From: a virus
Lineage: Duplodnaviria; Caudoviricetes
Virus record (IMG/VR): IMGVR_UViG_3300027708_000015
Length of the DNA stretch: 64,000 nt
Direction: 5' to 3' (one strand)
The translations under genes were made by a program, and so were the position numbers. Numbering within the stretch: position 1 is the first letter of the stretch; every line of letters begins with the position of its first letter. Below are positions 35,174 through 45,800 of the stretch, in pieces. Below the pieces are notes generated by a model that was not told the origin of the DNA, did no database searches, and worked only from the letters and a program-made list of their open reading frames with translations.

Positions 35174-37708
35174 TTAACCGCGAGCTATTTTGAGCCAGCG
35201 ATTTAGTTCTGCATCAGCTGATTCGGCTTGTTGCATGTAATTGCCCGACGGACCACCGTCCATTCTCATACCTGATTTTACGTTGCCCGGTAAACTTACA
35301 GTACCACTCATATTGACACCTGCTGGTGCTGGATTAGCATTTTGTTCACTACCTGTTGGTTGAGTACAACCGGCCAACGCCGCGTCCATAACTTCTTGTG
35401 CTCGGGCAAGAGCTTGCGCAACTGCCGCATCTTGTACCTCACCGCCCATCGGCCCACCGCCATTTTCTTTGTTCAATGCAGTCATTTCGTCTTTGATCTG
35501 TCTAATTAGATCCATTTGTTCTAGACTACACATAGGTTTAGCATCAGGTGCTGGATTAGGATTCACAACTGTGCTGTCTGGTACACAGCTCTTGCCATCT
35601 GTGCCTAGTTTGTATCCTGGCGGACATTTGCCATCCGGACCTGGGGGAATTGTTGTTGTAGTTGTAGTTGTTGTGTTATCGTTTTCGTGTCCACCAGCTA
35701 GTAGACCACCTATTCCGATTAAACCTAGCAGTCCGAGAAGGCCTGTTGACCATTTTGCTCGACCTTTGTTACGTTCCCACCATGTACCAATGGCTTTCTT
35801 GTCACCAGTTTTTACAGCGGCATCTAATTCTTTAGCAACAACTGGACTTACTTCTTTTTCCACTTGAGCAATCACTTTTGGCGCAGCCGTTTTTTCTGCG
35901 GCTGTTATTGGGCCAGCACCATTGACATGTATGTTAATTACCGGATTGGCATTTTGTGTTATGTTTCCGCCGTTGACTGAAGAACTGCTGTTATTGCTGA
36001 CGTTATTTCTTACTGTTGGTTCTTTTGGCGCAGGAATCCTTTTCTCTACTTTAGATATGTTCTTATTCAGCGCCGCCGAAAATGCCGCATCAAACTCTTT
36101 CTGGGTCATTTTCATTACATCGGCGGCACCTATGCCTAGCATTTTTTCGATGAATTTGGCACTAGCGTCACTTCCTGGTACACGTGACGCTTCGTCTAAT
36201 CTACTCAGACGTTTTTTCAGCTCAGACATCTTTTCAGATTCAGTTAATGGAACTTGTTTAGCATTATCGAATGCTTCATTGATCTCCATAATTTTACCCA
36301 TAAAATCTAGTGTTGCTGGATCCAGCTTGCCGGTTTGCGGTAGCCCTGCTTTGGCCTGACTTTGTTTTATGATGGCTGGATTCATGTTAATAAGTTTATC
36401 TACCAATGGCTGTGTAACACCGGTAGTGGCTTTATCGTGAATGGCCTTGGTTATATCTGCAACCACCGCAGTACCAAAGTTGACTCCAGCGTCGATACCT
36501 AAACGAGCCATACCTTTTAGTAAACCGCCGCCCCTTACTAATCCGTTAGCGACCAGTCCTCCGGGGATAGGTGCGCCAATGGTTCCTGCAATATCACCTA
36601 CGTCGTAGGCGTTGACTTTGAATGTTTTGTCAGCACCCAGCTTGTCACCTAACCATGTTTGATATAATGGGTTATTAAATTCAGCGGAGCTTGATTGTGA
36701 TTTGGCTCTAGCAGTATTGGCCATCTCTTTGCCCAATGCTGTTTTATAATCTTTCTCAATACCCAATCCTGCTTTGGCACCAGCAAGTATGTTGTCGCCA
36801 TAACCGAATGTCAACCCGTTGCCAAGCCCTCGAGCGCCTGCTCCCACATCAGTGGTAAATTGATTCATGCTGTATTCATCTAGATCAGTTTCGTATCCGA
36901 AACTTTCTACCAGTGCGTTACCTAGTCCTAAGCTGAATGACTCTGCCTGTGTTGAGCTGTTGGCATTATTTTGAACATTCGCATTTGCCTGTGTAGCGGA
37001 TTTTCCAACATTGGGGAACTGTTTGGCAATGTCGGGATATTTTTGCATTGCGCCAATAGTTTCTGGCCCTAGCTTACCATCTGCATGATATTTGGGCAAT
37101 GCATTGGGATCCTTTTGTAGGATAGCGTTTTGCATCTTTTGTACTTCGGCATCAAATTTCAAGTTGGGTTGTGGCACAGTACCAGTATTAGTACCAGCAT
37201 TAGGGTCAGCTTGACCAGTTGTACTAGTTGGAGGTGGTTTTACAACATCTGGTTGTTTGACCGGATCTGGTTTGGCTACCTTCAGTTTTGATAACAGCTC
37301 ACCCAGTTTTGCGATATGCTCTTGATTGAATTCACGATGATCTTCAGCTGTATTGTATTGCGCACTTTGATCACGGATTTGCTTGTCATACGTGTCGCCA
37401 CTTACGCCACTTATTCTTCCTAGGAAAGATGAACTGTGTGAATTAGGAGGAATAAGTCCTTTTGATTGAAGTTTCATGTCAACGTCTTTGCTAGGAACAC
37501 TGCCACGACTACCTGAGCTGGTGACAAATTCACCGTCGACCGGATCATACAATCCTGGCAACTGATTCTTAACTGCTAGGTCAGCAATAATTTTTGCTCG
37601 AGCATTGGGATCAGTATTTTGCCCAACTGCGGCCTGAACATCTTTTAGACGAAATTCGTCCAACTGCTCAATACTTTCTAATCTTGTCATTAGGTCTCTA
37701 ATATTCAT
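35174..37708 (-). CDS. Probable internal virion/ejection protein with two peptidoglycan-binding-like repeats and a transmembrane helix
   Basis: VQKMQ..ADGKLGPET..AM and KQSQ..GLPQTGKLDPAT (PG-binding-like); WSTGLLGLLGLIGIGGLLAGG TM helix; many (I/L)xE sites. Confidence 0.55.
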   Translation of the reverse strand: MNIRDLMTRLESIEQLDEFRLKDVQAAVGQNTDPNARAKIIADLAVKNQLPGLYDPVDGEFVTSSGSRGSVPSKDVDMKLQSKGLIPPNSHSSSFLGRISGVSGDTYDKQIRDQSAQYNTAEDHREFNQEHIAKLGELLSKLKVAKPDPVKQPDVVKPPPTSTTGQADPNAGTNTGTVPQPNLKFDAEVQKMQNAILQKDPNALPKYHADGKLGPETIGAMQKYPDIAKQFPNVGKSATQANANVQNNANSSTQAESFSLGLGNALVESFGYETDLDEYSMNQFTTDVGAGARGLGNGLTFGYGDNILAGAKAGLGIEKDYKTALGKEMANTARAKSQSSSAEFNNPLYQTWLGDKLGADKTFKVNAYDVGDIAGTIGAPIPGGLVANGLVRGGGLLKGMARLGIDAGVNFGTAVVADITKAIHDKATTGVTQPLVDKLINMNPAIIKQSQAKAGLPQTGKLDPATLDFMGKIMEINEAFDNAKQVPLTESEKMSELKKRLSRLDEASRVPGSDASAKFIEKMLGIGAADVMKMTQKEFDAAFSAALNKNISKVEKRIPAPKEPTVRNNVSNNSSSSVNGGNITQNANPVINIHVNGAGPITAAEKTAAPKVIAQVEKEVSPVVAKELDAAVKTGDKKAIGTWWERNKGRAKWSTGLLGLLGLIGIGGLLAGGHENDNTTTTTTTTIPPGPDGKCPPGYKLGTDGKSCVPDSTVVNPNPAPDAKPMCSLEQMDLIRQIKDEMTALNKENGGGPMGGEVQDAAVAQALARAQEVMDAALAGCTQPTGSEQNANPAPAGVNMSGTVSLPGNVKSGMRMDGGPSGNYMQQAESADAELNRWLKIARG

Positions 37709-37732
37709 GTCTTTTTCCTATATCGTACAATG

Positions 37733-37740
37733 TACTTATT
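37733..37740 (-). promoter_or_regulatory. T4-like late promoter variant (AATAAGTA)
   Basis: Upstream of 37708; same family as the GATAAATA/CATAAGTA sites. Confidence 0.45.
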
Positions 37741-39815
37741 TATTCTAAGTGTTTACTGATTTGAGAGCGACGCTTGGGAGCTACACCCTTGCCGGTTTGC
37801 CTAGCTTGCTTTAGCTGTTCTATCCCGTGTGCTATCTGTGCCGCACGTCCGGCCAGTGTTTGCATAACTCCGCCAGTGGTAAATTCCTGCGCGATACGTT
37901 GCCATAACAGCAGTTTGCTGGACAAGTCCATGTTCTGCATACTTTTAACGTCATCAGCCAGTCTAATTATGTCATGGTTGGCCATGTTGATCACAGTTTC
38001 CAACGGATGTGTATTGGCTTTGCCGTGGCTAACGTCGGGATTATGTACATCTCTATCAGGTTGATCGAACATAGGACTTTCTGTTAATCCATGTTGTTTG
38101 TACAAGTGATGCAGTTCGTCATCTGTTGCATGCTCTAGATCGCTGAGATCTATACCTGCTCGTTTGCTTATACGACGCATCATACGATATCGTTTCATTG
38201 GCTCCATAGTGCTTGGCGCTTCCTCTAATCCCAGCTGATCACGACCGTCATGATCTAGCACATTGTCCTGTGGACCAGGGCCTGTACTTAATATTTTGGC
38301 ATGTGATAATTCACGTGTGGTGTATTCGTTGAATGGCATTTCACCCTGCAGAGGTAGACTTTGTTGTGATGTAGGCACTGGTGCTTTGAGAAATCCCCTT
38401 AATGATCCGGGATCATGTATGATGTCGTTTTCAATAGCGGTGCGCATTTCGGGAGTACCATGCATGTGATGTGTTATCAGTTTGCCTATTTCGTTTCTCG
38501 GGATAGTCAGTTCGTATCCTGTGGGATATTGAACTATTGCTGCCTGCGATCCTTTTGAATAGGATGCTACTAGATCTTTCCACAAGGCAGAACCAGCTTT
38601 GATAACTGCTCCTGCAATAGCACTGCGAGCATCTTCAGCTACGGTATCTGCTGTATTAGGCACGCCTTTTTTGATATTGTTGAGATGGTTACTGGTTTTT
38701 TCATGCCCGGCCAATAGACTTTGAATGTATGCAGATGCAGGATTATCAGGATGGTGCAGATTAGCTAGATCATTGTTGGGTGAAGATGCTACTCGAGACC
38801 TTGTCGGTAATCCTTTGATATTGGGAATAGCATGCTGTCCAGTCATTTGTGCAACAGTTTGTGCAAACGGATTCACAGCTGGCGTCTCGGGCTGACTAGT
38901 AGTAGGTGTTGGAACTGTTGCTTTCACAGCACGTGGTGCCGTCGCCGGTTGAGAGCTAGCAGTAGTTTGTGTTACTGCTCTAGGTTGTGCTGTTGCTGTG
39001 GTCTTTGGTTTGGCTTTGGGTTGTGCGGCTACTGCGGCTACTGCGGGTGATTGGGTTGATGATTGGGTCGGCTCAGCATGTCGCATCTTTTCAGGCTCAA
39101 CATCGTGTTTATGTTGTTTAGCTATCTCACCTTTTTCAGTGTCATGGTGTCGCTCTATCTCTTGTGCCGCTACTGCCGCATCTTGCTGTGTAACTTCGCC
39201 ACTGGCAACCTTGGCATTTAGATCACGGAATCTTTCCTCAGTATTGGCCAGCAGGTCCTGTAGCTGGGTATACATATCCATCTGGCGATCTATAGTTACC
39301 TGTTGCTGTTTAGCAGTATCTGCCAGTTCGCTGGCAGCGGCAGCCATTGCTTCTATATCTCCTTCGTCTCCGGGACTCATCTGATGAGCCTGTTGTAGGA
39401 AACGATTTGCCTTAACACTTAATTTATTTGTATTGAGTTTGTGTCCGTGTTCTTTATCGTCATGGTCACGTTCTTTGAACTCGCGCATCAGTACACGTTC
39501 AGCTATAGTTTGACTATACTGTCTTAATAGCTGTTGTTTGTTGGTTTTTTCTTCTGCAACTTCTTGTTCAACCTCGTGGAAAAACTTACGAATACCGGTA
39601 TTTGTAAACTTTTTCTTTTCTATTTGGGGAGTTTGCTGATAGTGTTGCATTGCCATTTGTACTGGCAAAGACACTTTGTGAGGATTAGTTGCTTCGTTGA
39701 GAATCTCGACATCGTTTTTATCAATCACTGATAGAAACTTGGCCATGCTGTCAGCACCTACTACAGGCTTTGTAGCAACTCCATCCATCGCCTGTAGTAT
39801 GCGCTTCATGTCCAC
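37740..39815 (-). CDS. Large low-complexity protein, probable internal head protein
   Basis: 691 aa; Q/A/P/T-rich linker; modules begin after ILNE, VAE, FNE and LTE. Confidence 0.5.
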   Translation of the reverse strand: MDMKRILQAMDGVATKPVVGADSMAKFLSVIDKNDVEILNEATNPHKVSLPVQMAMQHYQQTPQIEKKKFTNTGIRKFFHEVEQEVAEEKTNKQQLLRQYSQTIAERVLMREFKERDHDDKEHGHKLNTNKLSVKANRFLQQAHQMSPGDEGDIEAMAAAASELADTAKQQQVTIDRQMDMYTQLQDLLANTEERFRDLNAKVASGEVTQQDAAVAAQEIERHHDTEKGEIAKQHKHDVEPEKMRHAEPTQSSTQSPAVAAVAAQPKAKPKTTATAQPRAVTQTTASSQPATAPRAVKATVPTPTTSQPETPAVNPFAQTVAQMTGQHAIPNIKGLPTRSRVASSPNNDLANLHHPDNPASAYIQSLLAGHEKTSNHLNNIKKGVPNTADTVAEDARSAIAGAVIKAGSALWKDLVASYSKGSQAAIVQYPTGYELTIPRNEIGKLITHHMHGTPEMRTAIENDIIHDPGSLRGFLKAPVPTSQQSLPLQGEMPFNEYTTRELSHAKILSTGPGPQDNVLDHDGRDQLGLEEAPSTMEPMKRYRMMRRISKRAGIDLSDLEHATDDELHHLYKQHGLTESPMFDQPDRDVHNPDVSHGKANTHPLETVINMANHDIIRLADDVKSMQNMDLSSKLLLWQRIAQEFTTGGVMQTLAGRAAQIAHGIEQLKQARQTGKGVAPKRRSQISKHLE

Positions 39816-39821
39816 GGAGGA

Positions 39822-41468
39822 TTACCCCAATAGACGTTGTGTCAATGCACGGATTTGATCAACTTCGCGGTTTTCAACTAGAGCTGGAGTTTCATTACGA
39901 TTTAAACGAGCCAGTTGTTCTTGCATGCGAGTAAAATCTGTTGACTCTGGAATTGGCTTTCCTGGTTTAACTGGTAGGGTTTTACCGCCTACATTCATTG
40001 TGGTGTCGCCATTTTCACGAGCGGCTTTCAACTTACCGGTCAACTCATTGCCGCCTTCGTCGGCCATCTTGTCGCCTTTGGACAACTTGTCTTTCTTTTC
40101 AATAGCTTTCTTCTCGGCCATGTAAGCTGTAGTTTCTTTGATATTCTTCCACATAGCGGCAGCGGCAATCTTCTTGCCTTTTTCACCACCGCCTGCACTC
40201 TTGGCCACTTTGTCAAAACTCTTACCTGGTTTGCCGATGTCACCACCTGCTTTAGCTTTTTTAACTACTGCTGATTTCTTAGCGGCACTTAGACCTGCAC
40301 TTGGCTTACCTTCTGCCATTGGTGCTGGCATCATTGATGGACTGCACTCATACATCTGTCCACCTTGGATAGCTGGGTGGCTGTGATAGCATTCACCCAT
40401 TGCACCGTGACTAATCTTTCCACCACACTTTTGGCACTCATCTTTGTGATGTTTCATCAAATCAATATTGCCTGCTTTATGATGTTTGGAATATTCACTA
40501 GCATGATGATGAGCCAGTTCAGCTGGACTCATGTCTTCCTTTAGCTTCTTTTTGGTCAAATCATTTTTGCCCTTGCCATCTGCCGCAAATGCTGGCACAC
40601 TTTTGCCATTGACTTTCTTCATTGGCATGCTGCCTTCTGGGATCAATTCATCATCACTGCTTTTGTTCATGCGTTTGATGGCGGCTTGCGTGGCCTTCAT
40701 CTTGGTATGGTATGCTTCTGCTTTGGCAACTGCCGATGGGTGCGCACGATCTCTTGCAGGAGCTTTGGCCACATGACCTTCTCCACCGCAATGTGGGCAT
40801 GGCTCTGACATGCCTTCACCTAGATCTTTGTCTTTGCTGGCACCGTGACCTTTGAAGCTGTCTGAATATTGTTTTTCGTGACGTTTGCTGTCGTCTTTGT
40901 TGTTGAGTTTGGTCACTTTGCCGCCTTTGGCAGTTTTATAAGTGTCACCTTCTTTGGCACGATTGTCAAAATCATCTTTGTTATCGTGTTCTTTGCCTTC
41001 TTTCATATCGTCACATGTGCATTTCTTAGCTGGTTTATGACAGCCTGAACATGTACTTTCCATCTTCATTTTTTCAGCTTGAGTCTTTTTAAGGTCTTTC
41101 ATTTTATCTTTGGCTTCACTCAATAGATTGATAAGATGATTTCGTTGGCCTTCACTTAGAGTGTGCATGGTTTCAGCATCGCTTAGATGTTTGCTGTAGT
41201 CATTGAATTTCATTTCGTACTCAAGATAGTGATATACTGATGCAATATAGTCAGCTGCCTTGGTTACCTTAGCTTGAACCCATGATTCTAATTGATCATC
41301 ATCATGAAGCTGTTCGAACAACTTTTTACTGTAGCTCGCTAGTTTGTATAGATCTGCTTTAGCCATTTTACCCTGTTGCTCCTTTTCTTCTGGTGATAAT
41401 TCTAAATGATGATTTGCAACATCATCTTGACCGCCCATTGCTGGGTCCATATTATCTAAATCTGCCAT
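39822..41468 (-). CDS. K/H/C-rich modular protein, probable internal head protein
   Basis: 548 aa; CxxC pairs, His clusters, basic repeats; modules start after xxE-G/D/S junctions. Confidence 0.5.
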   Translation of the reverse strand: MADLDNMDPAMGGQDDVANHHLELSPEEKEQQGKMAKADLYKLASYSKKLFEQLHDDDQLESWVQAKVTKAADYIASVYHYLEYEMKFNDYSKHLSDAETMHTLSEGQRNHLINLLSEAKDKMKDLKKTQAEKMKMESTCSGCHKPAKKCTCDDMKEGKEHDNKDDFDNRAKEGDTYKTAKGGKVTKLNNKDDSKRHEKQYSDSFKGHGASKDKDLGEGMSEPCPHCGGEGHVAKAPARDRAHPSAVAKAEAYHTKMKATQAAIKRMNKSSDDELIPEGSMPMKKVNGKSVPAFAADGKGKNDLTKKKLKEDMSPAELAHHHASEYSKHHKAGNIDLMKHHKDECQKCGGKISHGAMGECYHSHPAIQGGQMYECSPSMMPAPMAEGKPSAGLSAAKKSAVVKKAKAGGDIGKPGKSFDKVAKSAGGGEKGKKIAAAAMWKNIKETTAYMAEKKAIEKKDKLSKGDKMADEGGNELTGKLKAARENGDTTMNVGGKTLPVKPGKPIPESTDFTRMQEQLARLNRNETPALVENREVDQIRALTQRLLG

Positions 41469-41493
41469 GTTAAACTCCGTGTTTATCTTTATG

Positions 41494-41501
41494 TATTTAG
41501 C
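41494..41501 (-). promoter_or_regulatory. T4-like late promoter (GCTAAATA)
   Basis: Upstream of 41468. Confidence 0.5.
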
Positions 41502-41718
41502 GTCGTTTGATGATCGCTGCCTTCTTACCGGGCTTGCTCTTTATGTTTTCCATAGGTGCGCCAAACAAACTTACTTCGTCTTGATCCAATGCGTTAACGC
41601 TTTTTACCGGCTTATTATTGGCATTGTTAGCATAATCTGGGTTGACCACGGTGGCTATGTTGGCACTACTGGTAGCACCCATACTGGCTGATTCATCTAT
41701 TATTTCTTTGAATCTCAT
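41497..41718 (-). CDS. Small protein with MRFKEII N-terminal motif
   Basis: 73 aa; N-terminal motif shared with neighbours. Confidence 0.55.
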   Translation of the reverse strand: MRFKEIIDESASMGATSSANIATVVNPDYANNANNKPVKSVNALDQDEVSLFGAPMENIKSKPGKKAAIIKRR

Positions 41719-41945
41719 CGCTTTCTTCCTCTAAACCCAGGACCTATTGCTGTTTCGCCGCCCATGAATTTGGGCAAACTGAACCATAGTTTAAACCATT
41801 CTTCTGTACCGGGTTGTATGTTTTGTTCACGTTCGATAATCTTTTTTTCTGTACCAGTTATGCTGATGTTACTGCCGCCATAAGGTTTCAAACCTGCATA
41901 TTCTGTTATGCCTGCCAGTTTCCTAAGACGTGCTAGGTCATCCAT
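41715..41945 (-). CDS. Small protein (likely start MDDLARLRKLAG)
   Basis: TAATG coupling with the dps stop. Confidence 0.55.
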   Translation of the reverse strand: MDDLARLRKLAGITEYAGLKPYGGSNISITGTEKKIIEREQNIQPGTEEWFKLWFSLPKFMGGETAIGPGFRGRKR

Positions 41946-42388
41946 TACTTCAAACTCGAGCGTAGCATCCAACTGTGCTTCTTGTGTGCATCTTGTCGAT
42001 CAGCTAGAAAATTACTCAGTCCGTGATCTCCGTGTGCTTCAGCCATATCAAATGTTATACGGAATATCTCCGCCATTTTTTCGCTGTCTGTTAGCAATTC
42101 TTGTAGCATACCCGTCCAGTCTGGCACATGATTTTCATCTTCCACTGCTGTAAGCAGACTAAATCTTTGTAGGCTAGCAGGTGTGTAAACTTGCAGTGCT
42201 CGTAGATGCTCGGCAAATGGATCTATAGCACCGTATACTTCTTCATATATGGTCTGAAACAATTCATGCAGTTGGCCAAACAACGGTCCTTCCACATTCC
42301 AGTGGAAGTTGTGTGCTTTTAGATAGAAACTAAATTCACTGGCAAATGCTGTTTTCAAACTCAAATGATATTTGTTATCGTCTTCCAT
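41945..42388 (-). CDS. dps: Dps/ferritin-like DNA protection protein
   Basis: YLKAHNFHWNVEG..QLHELF..YEE..D..AE; C-terminal H.KH.WML. Confidence 0.92.
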   Translation of the reverse strand: MEDDNKYHLSLKTAFASEFSFYLKAHNFHWNVEGPLFGQLHELFQTIYEEVYGAIDPFAEHLRALQVYTPASLQRFSLLTAVEDENHVPDWTGMLQELLTDSEKMAEIFRITFDMAEAHGDHGLSNFLADRQDAHKKHSWMLRSSLK

Positions 42389-42804
42389 TATACACCGTAT
42401 CTATTCTTTTTCTTTTGGGCCACAATGCTAGTAGTATTTGTTTCTTTTGGCTCTTGGCTACCTTTTTTAGTAATAGCTTTCAATTTAACACCCAGTGCTT
42501 TGGCACTGTGATTGATCATATCAGTGTCTACTTCGGTAAATTGCGTTAGAACCATTTCGTTAGAGGCATAGCCTTGATGCTCTGATTGATTGTGCGGACT
42601 GCCGGCCATGTGTACACCCAAACGATACATGTCATAGTAGTGACCAGGCCAATCTGGTATTGATACCATACCGGGTATAGCGGCTTCGTGGTGATCGTGT
42701 ATTTTATTGCGTTTGCCGTTGTGAACATGTCCGGGGTGAGTACCGCTTCCGTCTGTTACACCGCCGTCATCCTCTTTGAGTATTATAAATTCTTTTGCTC
42801 GCAT
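42388..42804 (-). CDS. Small protein paralogous to the C-terminal module of the 1105-aa protein
   Basis: Starts MRAKEF and ends SQEPKETN.TS…NRYGV, like the last 130 aa of 42804..46121. Confidence 0.65.
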   Translation of the reverse strand: MRAKEFIILKEDDGGVTDGSGTHPGHVHNGKRNKIHDHHEAAIPGMVSIPDWPGHYYDMYRLGVHMAGSPHNQSEHQGYASNEMVLTQFTEVDTDMINHSAKALGVKLKAITKKGSQEPKETNTTSIVAQKKKNRYGV

Positions 42805-45800
42805 TATACACCATACCTATTGCGCTTGGGCTTGTTTACAGGACTAGTTTTATTCGTATCCTTGGGTTCTTGACTCTTGCCGCGTTTATCTAATTCTCCA
42901 GCATCACTTGGAATCGTAGCAAGAGCTTGGTACATCATCATCTGCTCTTCATCTGTGTATGGAAAAGCCACATTGTATTTTTCAACAAAACTACTGGCCG
43001 GCATATCTACAGCTTTTTTGCTCTTGCCATCGGCCATAGCAGCCGCCATCATAATACGATTTAGATGATATGTGCGATCATACCCGCCCACATCTCGCAT
43101 CAAAACGCCACCGCCCTGCCCAGCATCAACTGCATGGTCGTGACGGTTATCGGTAGGCTTTGTACTTAATTCTGCTAAAAACTCTTTTGCTCGCATTTTT
43201 CTAATCCAGCTGTTGGCTTCTTTTATATTTAGCGGATCTGCAGGCGGCTGTTCTTGTTTGTCGTGTAGTCCCATACCTTGTCTGGTTAGATTCATCAAGT
43301 GCTCAATCCATTCTTTACCTAATTTTGCCTCATCAAATCCGTGTTTCCAAATTTGATATTGTTGTTCGGGAGTACCTGATTTCAATGCGTTTCTTAAATT
43401 ACTAAAACTTATACCAGTTCCCCCTGCAGCCTCGTCACGCTCTGTGATATACGGAGTTACTTTCACATGTTCATAGCCTTGGAATTTATTAACAGCCTTC
43501 ATCAGGGCCGCAGCCATATTTGTTGCCATTTTAGCGCGATCTTTGCCCACTGCGATAACAATATTATCATAACGCGGGGATTTTCCTGGCAAAGGATTAA
43601 TTAGTTCATGTTTGATTTTTTGTATTAATGCACCACCCTGTATCACTGTACCTATGTTGTTTGCATATTCTGGATACAGTTTATGCCATGTTTGTACTTT
43701 TACTGCTGGGGGAATAGGATCATCTTTGCCTTCAGCATTGCCAATAAACAAATAAGGATCCCCTCCCAATGATTTAGCCAAGGTAACAGTGTGATTCCAT
43801 AATTGTTCATGCCCTTTATGCCCAACAAAACTGCCAACAGCAACTACCGCAGTTTTGACATTGCCTCTCGGACGTTCTGTACGAGCGCTGGCCTTGGCAG
43901 CATTTTTACCTGCAATGACTGCACGTTGCTCAGCACTGGTAACTTTGATAGGGCCTAATCTGCTGTTGATAACTATACCTTCGTAGTCTTGCCCTAATAG
44001 GTCTTTGCCTAAAATGTTGGGATCGTTAATGATAGCCTTTTCTAATTCCAATGCAATCGGCTGTAGAATTTCTTTGGCTTCACGTTTTAGTGCCAGTTTG
44101 CCGCTGGACAGCATCGCTTTGATCTGTTCAATGTTTTCCATCGGCGGAACAATAGCAGTAACATCCAATGCTTGGCTTTGTGTTAAACTGTTGTTAATAA
44201 ACATCACACTGCCTTGTTGTCCAAGCCCTGTTAATTTCTTAACCACTTGGTTGCTATCGGGCAGTGCTTCCCCGGTTGATGCATCGCTGACATGGAAAGG
44301 AACAAGCGCCAGCTGTATACCGTCTGGCAATCGATCATATTCGATACCTACAAATCTCAATTTACCTTCTGGAGTTTCTGTAGCAAATGGCAGAAATAAT
44401 ACTTCGCAGGTCACTTGCTTGTTGACTAAAAAATCTTGCCCTAATTTACTGTCAACTAGCTCAACTGCTTTCATCATTTCGTTAAACAAATCATCAAACA
44501 TTTTTGCACGGCCCAGTATGTCCGTATCTTGTGTGCCTTTTTCTTGATGATACTTTAAGAATGTTGCTTCATAGCGCGGAGGAGTTCGACTAGTACCCAT
44601 AAAAGGTTTGCCATCTGAATTTTTACCAAATCGACCACCGAAGCCGTCTACTTTTACATTCAATGGAATATTTTGCAATTTAAAGTTTCCGTTGCCGTCG
44701 TGAATCTCATCTAGGAGATCTAACAAATCCATTGGTTTTAAATCACGAAGATGTGGCATGCCTTTACGCAGTTGTGCCTGTACTTCTGCTTCGTTCAACT
44801 GTTGCCCACCGTGCCAATCTGGCCAAGTACCATTGGCTACAGCAATCTTTCTTTCACGACCATACTGTATCTTTTTACCTGCTTGATCTGGTCTAGGTTT
44901 ATATTGGCGTTTAAAGTTTTCTAAGTCTAAATAATCTCCCTCGTATTCTCTAGCCATTTCAACAGCCATGGGCCTTAGATTTGTTAGTTTTAGTTTTTCT
45001 AACATCTGATCAATAGCGGCGAATTTGATATCCCCATCAGCCTTAGGATCGTCGCGTTCGATCATTTGACTACCGGGCTCGAAACATATTTCAAAGAAAC
45101 GTTGCATGGTTTCTTGTTTTTGTCTTTCAGTTAGGTATTTGCCTACTAGATCAACAGTGCCTAAAAAAGTCCATTGTAGTTTGCTATCTTCCGGAGTAGG
45201 CTCGTGACCAAATAGTTTTGCAAACTGACTTTGCAAATTTTGATCGTATGGTCTATCTTTAACTTCAACAGGCTTTACTACCGGCAGTTCCTCTTTGGAA
45301 TTATCTGGATGCGGCAAATGTCGTTGTTCACCAGTCTTTTCATCGTTAACTGGCCCATATGGCTCACTTAGTCCGCCGCCTTGTTTACCCGATACACCGA
45401 ATGAATATTTTTGAACCCAGTCCGGAGCTACAACGTCGACCTTGTTCTTGCCTCTTCCGGTACCAGTTTGCACTTGAGCATGTATTTTTATAGCACCAGC
45501 TAGGGCTCTATAGAGATATTTGTGGAACACACCTTTGATACCAGCTGTCAAGTCACTCCACTCTGAGCTGTGACTAAATCTAAACCAATCAGTGGGTTTA
45601 CCATCTTGGTACTCGCCGAACTCAAAATCTATCTGTATTTTTATTGGAGGATTACTAAACTGAAATAGACCATTATACTGTTCGTTACCACTACCAAACC
45701 CTAAAAATACAGTATCACCAATTTGTTTATTTGTGTGGCTTGTTAAGAAATCTCTAACTTGCGGTTCTAAATCTCTATCTACTTGTGTATCAATATCACC

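Noticed and set aside
35560-35650. Eukaryotic EGF-like domain (CPPGYKLGTDGKSC)
   Set aside because: Only the last two of the six EGF cysteines are present; treated as a disulfide loop, not evidence of eukaryotic transfer
35645-35675. GTT/GTA microsatellite-like tract as a phase-variation site
   Set aside because: It encodes an in-frame Thr run with mixed codons, i.e. a protein linker
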